From Phoronis australis (lineage: Eukaryota > Animalia > Phoronida): a stretch of DNA of 64,000 nucleotides. The stretch spans positions 442,166 to 506,165 of the forward strand of contig NMRA01000289.1 in assembly GCA_002633005.1 (NCBI GenBank), written 5' to 3'. The position numbers were made by a program, and so were the translations under genes. Within the stretch, counting starts at the first letter, position 1, and every line of letters begins with the position of its first letter. Shown one piece after another: positions 1 through 10,400 of the stretch. A model generated the notes under the pieces. The model saw only the letters and a program-made list of their open reading frames with translations. It was not told where the DNA came from and did not search any database.

Positions 1-713
1 ATAAACAAACCCTGGATCATGTTTTGTGTCCCGTCGGAAGAAAATTTAAATTCGAAAACATCTTCTGAAAACGCACAAAAAAGTGTATTAGTAAAATCTA
101 CTGATTTTTAAGTGGTTTTAAAAAACAATCGGTAAACTCACCGATTTTTGTCTCATTACTTTGATACGTGTCTCTTCCGATAAGTTAGTACCTAACGTGC
201 ACACGAGCACTCCAAATTGGAACGCTAAGTCCCGCGTGGTTGCGCTGCACGCGAAACAAGATGGCGGACGAACTTTGGAGCCTGACGAAAATAGGTAACC
301 GGACGATATATACAGCTGTCCTACACACACAAGTACAGGTACCTATCAGGCCCTCGACGATATACTATTATAACAGTATATCGTTGAGGGGTTGATTAAA
401 GGTGCCTGTGCAGTGTGCACACACCGCACAACTTTACACACACGCACGCGCACGCGCGCACACACACATTCACACTGTCGGAAATATTCACCTCGACTGC
501 GTGGTTAGTAAAACCCAGGACCATTTTTCTCAATGGAGACACAATGATATTTTACAATTACCTTTCCAGAACTTGTTTTACTGTCTAACGACTCCCTACT
601 CCCCAAATTTGAAGAGGTTTTCGCTTTAGATTTCCCTCTGAACATTTCACCTACACCGACAGAATGTTGATCATTTTCTAGTTCCAGTAAACGCCAACAG
701 AGTTGTAATGTTG

Positions 714-1095
714 TGCGTGAACTTGGAATGCTGCTAAATCTGAAGATGGCATACGCGTGAATTTGGATTTAGGCATTCAGTAGAGTAATCAAGGCAATAT
801 TTTGTTCGTTGTGAAGAATTTTTTAAAAAAAATGTCAGCAAGATCGTCCATTTTCTTCTTAAGGCCTACCAGACCTTGCGTCACCATTAATCTATGGTGT
901 CACAGAATCGGAGGAAAACGTGAATGGTTAATCAATTATTGTTTGGCTCATAGTTGGAAAACACCATAAAGGTTAAGTAAAATGTACATTATTTAAAAAA
1001 AGAACGTGGTTTGCTTTTTCAGTGCTAATTTTTAACGTAAACATGACTATTTGAGTGAAATTGCGAAGTTTCCTATCGTATTCCAAGTTCACGCA
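714..1095. repeat. 16-bp perfect inverted repeat pair (TGCGTGAACTTGGAAT), possible MITE remnant upstream of TFIIS
   Basis: 714-729 is the reverse complement of 1080-1095; degenerate extra copies near 756 and 1120. Confidence 0.45.
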
Positions 1096-1295
1096 TACAC
1101 GATCATGAGAGTAAGCGCAATTCTAAGTTCAAGCAAGCATCAACGTAAAGAAACACAAAGCAGTTTAATTTGTTCGTCGACATTTAAATTTTGATTTAAA
1201 CAAAAATATAACCTCAATAATGGTCAATTCATGTATTAAAATAGCGGTATTTAAAAAGAGTAATGATTGATATTTTCACAGAATGCAATTGTTCA

Positions 1296-1324
1296 CCCGC
1301 CATATTCGTTCTGGGAAGTTGTCG
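1296..1324 (+). promoter_or_regulatory. Putative TFIIS housekeeping promoter motifs (YY1-like CGCCATATT; ZNF143/SBS-like TTCTGGGAAGTTGT)
   Basis: Motif resemblance only, 65-95 nt upstream of the ATG. Confidence 0.3.
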
Positions 1325-1389
1325 CGTTCCCAGCTCCCAAAATAAATGACTGTGTCCCTTTATTTGTTGAATTTTCACAAAAAATAAAG

Positions 1390-1455
1390 ATGGCAAAAGA
1401 AGAGGAAGTGCTGAAGTTAAGAAAGAAACTTGAAAAAATGATCGACAAAGATGCT
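1390..1455 (+). CDS. TCEA1: TFIIS exon 1 ([22 protein letters not shown])
   Basis: ATG at 1390, donor GTAAGT at 1456, phase 0. Confidence 0.9.
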
Positions 1456-4400
1456 GTAAGTATGTGTGCGCTGTTACGATCAGCGCTTTCTTGTCATCCG
1501 CAACACAAGGTTTTCAGGGGAGTTAATTCTGTTTTGAACACAACCGAGTCTTTAGCCTTGTAGTATTTACAGGCGTCCTCAGCTGATCGTCCCCAACACA
1601 CTACATATAATACTACAAGGTGTGACACTCGGGACTAGAAATTCCAAGGGTTCTTCGATTCCGCCGTCCATATCAAACAATAAACAACAAAATTACACCA
1701 AACAGACGTTCAACAAACCATGAGGAATTGTTCTTTCTCCCAATGCCCAATGCCATTTACGATTTACGGTGTCCAGCTTCTCCGAGTTCGCAAGAAATTC
1801 GCGGTCAAAGCACAAAAATCTTCCCAAGAAGCCCGTCTGTAGCAACTCCTTGGTCCCGCGATGGTCAAGGACGATACGGAATTATCCGATGAGTTACGGA
1901 TGAACGGCTATTGCAGATTTGTCATGACTTCATAACTTTCTGTGACAAATTGTCAACTGCCGTTCATCCGTAACTCATCGAATAATTCCATATCGTCCTT
2001 GACCTTCACAGGATCAAGGATTTGCTCCGGACGGGCTTTTTCGGAAGATTTTTGTGCTTTGACCGCAAATTTCTTGTGAACTCGGCTAAGCAGGACGCTG
2101 TAAATGGTATTTGGAGAAAGAACAATTCCTCATGGTTTGTTGAACGTCTGCTTTGTGTAAATTTATTGAGTTTTGTGTTTAGTGTTGTTCCTTTGTTGAG
2201 CTCTCTTGTTGCATTAATGTTGGTTTAGCTTCTATTGAACAAGACTAGCCTATTTCTTATTGATTTATGACATCTAAGTGCTTCATGTGAATGTTATGAT
2301 GTTATGCAGCATCATCACCATCGTCATCATATTCGTCATCTTCATCATCATCTCCGTCGTCGTCTTTTCAGTTAATTTCGCCAAGTGTCGCTAAAGACTG
2401 TAGCCTATACTTACTGATGTCTGGCCTCTACGTTCGTCTTTTGAATGTTATCATTACTTGAATTGTTCATCATCGCCACCATCGTTTTCATATTCGCCAT
2501 CTTCGTCAACTTCTCAATCATCGTCTCTTCTGTCGCTCCTCGGAACGCTTTCATTTTATTTTTTTTCTCTTTTAATCATTATTTTGACTTTATTCATGCA
2601 AAAACGTTTATTTCACCGAAAATATTTCTATAACACAAGACGCCTTTTTTATGGAACAATACATCTTCTGGAAAGTTTTCCTCTGTTTTATCATTGATCA
2701 TTCCTAGCCCTGCAAATTGAAGTTCACCAAATGAGTTTGGCCCAGGCACCAGTTTGGGCTACAACAGGCCTATACCATGTATATACAGAGTTCAGTAATA
2801 AAAAATGTGATATATGAATTTCCCAGCTCTTTCTCTTGAGTTTCCAAGGTGTTTAAACTGGCTGATCCATCTCACTCTTTGGTTAACTTGCCTGTTGAAG
2901 AACGACACTAAAAGTTTCACTTAGCTAAGTGATAAGCATCCTTGCCCAAATTACCGATATTTAATGTAAGTGTCACATACTGCTACAATATTAAGCTGAA
3001 GTTGCAAAAATCAAACTCAAATGAACAGTGAGACTGTTGGAGGCGTGGAAAACCTTTCCCTTGAAGCTGTCACAAACTGCAATATCTCAACCGAAGGTCC
3101 TGTAGAAGTAACACACAGGAATTATAGTACTTATTTCCAAAAAGGCCATCCTGATGAAACTAGTTGGATATGACGTTCCCTGTTGTAGATAACCAGTTTC
3201 ATCCACTGAACAAAAGGCTTGTTATTCGGTGATTGCCTGGTTCTCTAAATCATAGACTTATATAGGTAGTATTATATTATAATTACTTCTCATTTATTGT
3301 ACATTGTATGCTTTCCCTACTCATAGATAACTACATAAATTCAAATATATATTCAGAGTATTCAAATGCAGAGCAGATCTTCTCTTAAAGCCATAGCCTT
3401 CTGAATATACAATGTAAGGCGCTGGATACTGTCATGGTTTTTCTGTCTGGTAGAAGATTTCTTCTAAGGTCTTCAAGAACAGGGCATCGACACATGAAAT
3501 GAGGCTCATCTTCAGTTTCACCCAGACAGCATATGCCCCATATCCTCTCACTTCTAGGAATACCCATATGTCTCTCTATATAAGCGAATGACCTGAACAT
3601 AGTGTAAGGGCTGTTCCAACAAAATCTGTGTGGGAGGGGGGAAGGCAACTGAAATAAAAATTTATGGGTGGTTGCGTTTGATTTAAATTCAAAATGGCTG
3701 GTGGTCGTACTTAAAAAAAAAAAATTTACAGGTCGTTGTTGTTTCATTGGGCCATAAATGTTTGATGGTGGGTAATTTTAGTAAATTTTATAAAAAATCC
3801 GCACAGAATCAAAAACGAAAACAAAAATGCAACTTGCAAAAAGCTCCGACTTTTTCACTCCCTCTGATCTCCCCATTAGCATGCCAATAACACCAGTCAA
3901 CCACAGGCGCTCGAATTTCTCGATGGCTAATAACCATATATAAGAAACATATGTTTTCTTAGTAATGAATGACATTAGTGGTGATGGAGGAACAGATAAA
4001 CTCAAGCGCCTGTGCACTCAACCACAAGAACAAAAAAAAAATTATGGGTGGTTGCATTTCAAACTTATAAAAAATTACGGGTGGTTGGCTGAAGAAATAA
4101 ATGAAAAATATGGGTGGTGGGTGCGAAAAAAGGTGCCTTCCCCCCCTCCCATACAGATTTTACTGGAACAGCCCTTATAATTATTTCTCATTTATTGTAC
4201 ATTGTAGGCTTTCCCTACTCATAGATAACTACATAAATTCACATATATATTCACAGTATTTAAACGGAGAGCAGATCTTCTCTTAAAGCCATACGTAGTC
4301 TTCTGAATATACAATGTAAGGCGCTGGATACTGTCATGGTTTTCTGTAGGAATAACCTAACAAGAGAATAGTTAACATTCACAAGCTCTGCTAGAAGATT

Positions 4401-7400
4401 TCTTCTAAGGTCTTCAAGAACAGGGCATCGACACATGAAATGAGGCTCATCTTCAATTTCACCCAGACAGCATATGCCTCATATCATCTCACTTCTAGGA
4501 ATACCCATATCTCTCTCTGTATAAGCGAGTGACCTGAACATAGTGTAAAGTAAAACGACGAGTGTCAAAACTAAAATACATTAAACTATTTCCCAAATAC
4601 TAAAGGGATACGCCCTTTATCAAGGGTATGACACAGACTTCCGAATAGATAGATATATAAAGTAGTATAGATGACCACCTGGTTATATATTACTGTTTCT
4701 TGCTTTACATTATGAATAGTTGACCATATTTTATTTCAGGATCATTCCACTGGCCTAGAGCTTTTAAAAGCTCTACAAGACTTGAAAATGACGTTGGATG
4801 TATTACAGGTATTGTTAGAAATATGTTGCATTGAGTAACTAAAGATACTTTATAATAAAATCTTTTCATGTTGATATTCAATTTAATGAATTCACAGATA
4901 ATTGATGTACGTTGGGCGGCAAGTGTTGCCTAATGGAGATACTATCAGTTAAGGCTGTTTAGTGGAACTGTATTGCCTTAAGGAAAAGTTACTTGTGTAT
5001 TTTGGTAAGAAGATGAAAAATATGAAACAAGACTCATTAGGTTCCAAAGCTAAGAGCAAAATAAGCCAAAACCTGATGTCTCTCATAAGACTTATAGCAC
5101 ATGGAAATAAATTTATCAATCAACTGGCAAGCAAAAACGCTTAATGTGAAGCAAAATTCTGATGTAAGTAGTGCCATCTATTTGAAAAACTAGAAAACCG
5201 AGAGGGACAGTAGATGAAGAATACAACAAAAATGATATTTCGTAAGAAACCTATTGAACAAAATTCTATAGTGATGTTTATAAATAATAACTTAATTTTA
5301 CAAAAACTTAAATATCAGGTTGTTCGTAAGTAACTATTGGCGTGATATGCCACAAAGCAGATAAGAAACGGAAATGACAACAGTGCCGGTGCGAGAGCAG
5401 CTGAGTTGTGCAAGACTAATGTGAAGCCATGAACATACACAAGATAGCTAGGAGGTGGCACATGAACATCATTCTCAACAGAACAAGTTAAATCTTGAGA
5501 AGTTTAATGACTCATGAGTTTGCTAGAGGGAAAAAATGATTATTGTCTTTCACTAAAAGAGCGATGATTAATTCTCTTTAATAGTGATACTTTTCATGTG
5601 AAACCATTTAAAGTTATTGTTTTTCTGGACCCACTAATGTGTATTGCTATTTTTTGACTTGCCAGTGTTGTATGTATTGGTACCTACTCTCACATGTTGT
5701 TGATTCCAGAAAACAAAGATTGGTATGACCGTGAACAACTTTAGGAAAGCCAGTAACAGTGATGAGGCCACTACGCTGGCCAAGTCATTAATTAAATCAT
5801 GGAAAAAGTTGCTGCCAGGTATGACAGCTGTGTCCAAAAGTTTCATCAACTTCTGTTGCAAGCCATTTTTAAAGCTTGCTGTCTAGAAAAAGACGGCAAT
5901 GTCAAACTGTCTGCCATTTTGAGGAAGTTGAGCTAGCCTCTTGCATACTAGGCCAAGAAAAGCGTAGTTGGTTCTGGTCTTTACCCTGCCCCTCGTATTT
6001 TGCCTTTGCTCACCGACTAAAAACAAAAATGTCCTCATCAAATTCAGTCAGGATCTTGTGCATATCAGCAAAGTTTGAAACGCCTTGATTTGTCAAGCGA
6101 TGGAATTGAAAGCAAGTCCTGCATCATTGTTGCTCGTCTCGGATGAATTTTTTTTGCAAAAGTGGGCATCCAATAATATAGGTACCACAGCTGTGTGTGC
6201 AGGTTTTCAAAAAAGCTAAACAGACCGTATTTGGAACCAACTAAGTCTTTTTAGTCTGATCAGAAATTGCTCAAATGATACCTACCAAACTGGTGTCAAC
6301 ATTCACTTAGAATTGAAAGATTGCTGTTTAATTGAAAATCTTTGGATTTTGTAGTAAAAGTTAGTTGACAGCAAAATAAGTTTTCTAAAGCAATTTTTTA
6401 TTCATAAATGAACTGGACGTTTTGACTTAGGTTTTTCTTAAAGCCAAATGGAAGGAAATGGAGTTTGAAGTGATTTTGATGGCTTATTTACAGTAAATGC
6501 AAAGTTAAATCCCTTAAACTTTTAAAAGTATGTTATTTACATAGTTTTGCGGTATGTTCCGGATTGGTGTGGATTTGGAAGGGTTCTAATAAGTGCAATT
6601 TATGAAGAAATACAAGTTTTTGTTACAATACCATTTTATGATTTAGATAATTCCAGTGGCAACAAGACAACAAACAACAGCACCATAGACTCAGCGAGCG
6701 GGGAAAAATCTAAGGACAGTCCGGACAGTTCGCAGAACGGCAGCGAGCGGTCAACACCCACTGTAGACAATATACGTCAAAGTCAATTCCCTTCTGTCGC
6801 CAACACAACTGAGCCTGTGCGTTTAAAATGTCGGGAGATGCTCACGAACGCATTGAAAGGAGGTATGAAACTGCAAAAACGGTTTATCCCATATATACAT
6901 GCATTGATGCCCAGGCGTCTTTCTGGGGAAATAATTTTATTTTAATATCTATTCTGAAGACGTTTCACATGCTGAGGTGATTCTGGTGAAGTGTGCGTTT
7001 TATTATGTATTATAATTAGATTGGCCAACTCCTCGCATTAATGAACCAAAAAAACGTTGTACCCCAAAACACGAACATAAAAATGGTTCTTTTGAACGGT
7101 GGATCTGCGTGTGGATGTGTAGCCTAAGACAGGGTTACATTTTAAAGGGGTAACAGATATTGCTTATCTGTCAAAACTGTGGTTGGAAATTTGAATAACT
7201 AATAACCAGGCCAATTGTTTAGCAAAATAGTTACAGATGTCTTTCATATTATTTGTTTACTGTACCTTGATCAAAATCTTCCGTTTAAAAACGAAATGCA
7301 ACCAACGATTTTTTCTTTAGACTTCGTTGTGTTTAGTGTGCACTGTAAACTTTGCATGACTTTGTGCTTTCTCTCATGGCTTCCTTTAACATTTCATTTT

Positions 7401-10400
7401 GCCTGTGTTTACAGATGGTGAAATGCCAGATGGCTGCCACGACCCTGAAGAAATCGCTGCACAAATTGAAGACTGTATCCTAACACACATGTTGAGCAAA
7501 GAATTTTGTCTAAGATGCTAAGTTTGGGAAAATATCTGTATTAGCATCCTGGGTTTTGTCCTTTGCTTTTTATGCACCCACATATAAATAGGTGGGTGTA
7601 TGATGCCATCATCTCTGTCCATCCATCTGTCCGTACGGCATCAAGTGTCCGACATCTGGCAGCCACTGCTGTTTTTCCAAAACCCTTTGATGTATTTTCA
7701 TGACGTTTTGCAGGTATATACCTTTAGTGGATGGGACAGCATGAGCGATTTTTCAGATGGATTTGACTTCTGGTGTGCTCCTTTGTTGCAATTTTAGTGT
7801 TTTAGGTTTGCCTCTGTATCTTTGGTGTTCCTTAACAGATTTTTCATGAAATATGGCAAATATGTATCCATTAGGAAGATGATAACACCTTCATGTTTTC
7901 GAATGGATTTGACGTATTTTGCACCTTCTAGTTGCCATTTTTACTGTTGTCAAGTTTTTCTGTCTGCCCCTCTACAGGCCAGACCACTGAAAGGTTGATT
8001 ATGAAAATTGATATATGTTCCTACTGGGAAGAGGAAAGCTGACAGGGATTTTCGGATGGCTCTGACTACAGTGACTCCTCCTAAAACAGTTTTGTTTTCA
8101 GGTCGTGGCTGTATTTCCTAAACTCTCTGTAGGATCTTTCTTAAATTTAGCAAGTGTATTTGTATAAAGGTGACAACGAGTTTTGTACGGATCCAATCAG
8201 TGCTGTGCTCCCCCCTGCGGGAATTTTCTCTTTTCTGTTTTCCTCTATTTTTGGAATTCCTGGACAGATTTTTACGAAATTTTTATTAAAGAGGCGACGA
8301 CATCTTTCCATTTTCAGATGGATGTGGCATAGTGCACGCCACCTACTGGGCATTTTTATGCACCCACATTTTATAGTTGGACGCATTATGCCGTCATCTC
8401 CGTGCGTTCGTTCGTCTGTCTGGCATCCGCTGCTCTATCTCCAAAATGCCTTGACGTATGTTCATGAATTTTTGCACATGTGTTCCTTCCATAAATGGGA
8501 AGTCATGACCCAACTTTCTGACGGATCCGACTCCCGGTGTGCTCATTAGTGGCAATTTTAGTTTTTTACGTTTACCTCTGTACCTTCACAAGTCCTGAAA
8601 GGATTTTCATAAAATTTGGCATATAGGCACCTATTAGTAAGTTGACTTTATCCTCCTTTTTTCAGGTGGATTTGACGTAGTTTGCGCCACCTAGTGGCCA
8701 TTGTTAATGTTTTTGAGTCTATTTTTGGCGTCCACCCCTCTATCAACCAAACTGCTCAAAGGATGATTGTGAAAATTGGCATATATGTTCTTACTATGAA
8801 GTGGATGGCTGACGATGATTTTCCGATGACTTCGACAACTGTGGCGCCTCCTAGTGGCAGTTTTGTTTTTTTGCGCCTATGGCTGTATCCCCTAAACCGT
8901 TCGCAGGATCTTTACTAAATTTAATAAGTGTATTTATATGATGCGAATAACAGAGTACGATGACTGTCAGATGGATCTGACTACTGGTGTGCCACCTAGT
9001 GGCAATTTTATTTTTTTACTTTTACCTCTGTATGTTCAAAGGTCCTCAAGGTATTTTCATAAAATATAGCATACACTCAAGCAATTGTTAATGAGATGAC
9101 GCTATCTCTCCGTATTCAGATGGATTCAACCTAGTTTGCGCCACCTAGTGGTCATTTTTACTGTTTTTGAGTCTGTTTTTTGGCGTCCACTCGTCTATCA
9201 ACTAAACCGCTTTCAGGATAATTATGAATATTTGCATGTATGTTTTTACTATGAAGTGGACGGCTGACGACGATTTTCTGAGGTCAACTACTGTGGCGCC
9301 TCCTAGTGGCTTTTTTTTGCGCTCATGGCTGTATCTATTAAACCGTGTGCAGGATCTTTACTTAATTTAGCAAGTGTATTTATATGATGTTGACAAGGGA
9401 TGACGACGATTTTCAGATGGATCTGACTGCCGATGTGCCCTCTTGTGGCAATTTTAGTTTCTTATGTTTACCAGTTTGTATCTTCAAATGTCCTTAACAG
9501 ATTTTCATAAAATTTTGAATATAGGCATCTATTGGCGAGATGAAGCTATCTTCCTGTTTTTGGATGAAATCGAGGTATTTTGCACCACCTGGTGGCCATT
9601 TTTTGCTGTTTTCAAATCTTGCGTTTGGCGTCCACCCTTCGATCAACCAAATCATTCTAGGGATGTCTTTGAAGATTAGCGCATATGTTTTCAGTGTCGA
9701 GAGGACGTTTGATGATGGCGACTGACTACTGTGGTGCCTCCTAGTGGTAGTTTTGTTTTGTTTTGCGCTCATAGCTGTATCTCCAAACAGGATCTTTATT
9801 AAATTTAGTGAGTGAATTTATATGAAGATAACAGATGACGACTTTCAGTCGAATGGAACGGACGCTGTGCCCACAAGTGGCAATTTCATTTTGTTCTGTT
9901 TTCCTTTTGTTTCTCTGAAGTTCCTTGACAGATTTTTATGAAATATGGCATGTTGCCGTTTTTGGATGGATTGTACGTTTTTGCACCATTTAGTGGCCAT
10001 TATTATGATGCAAATAACCCCAAAAGCACACCATTTGCGATGCATACATGGGCGCATTTCAATGCTCCGCGTTGCTCTTGTAAGTTAACTAACTTGGCTC
10101 CATTCAGCAGCTGTGAATTGGGAGCATAAAACAGAGTTTCTGTCGTAAGTCTTAAGTCATTGTCACGAATCGAACTCCTGGGCTTCCATTTATTCCCTAA
10201 CCCTGTGAAGGCATATATGGAGAATTCAAGAACACAGATAGCAAATATAAAAACCGAGTTCGTAGTCGGATATCGAATTTGAAGGACAAAAGGAATCCAG
10301 CTTTGAGAGAAAATGTGCTCACAAAAGCAATCAGTGCAGAGAGAATAGCTAAAATGACTGCTGAGGTAAAGTGTATTGTTGTTGTTAAGTCATTAAACAA

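Noticed and set aside
258-300. AAGATGGCGG followed by MADELWSLTKI and G|GTAACC, a possible first exon of another gene or a YY1 site
   Set aside because: No downstream exons or recognisable protein; the motif is common in transposon remnants
2246-2530. ORFs 2445-2697 rich in Ser/Ile/Phe
   Set aside because: They derive from a ~155-bp duplicated (CAT/CGT)n low-complexity intronic repeat
3145-3205. CTGATGA-containing hairpin as a hammerhead ribozyme
   Set aside because: The GAAA and stem arrangement of the hammerhead core cannot be built; it is a simple inverted repeat
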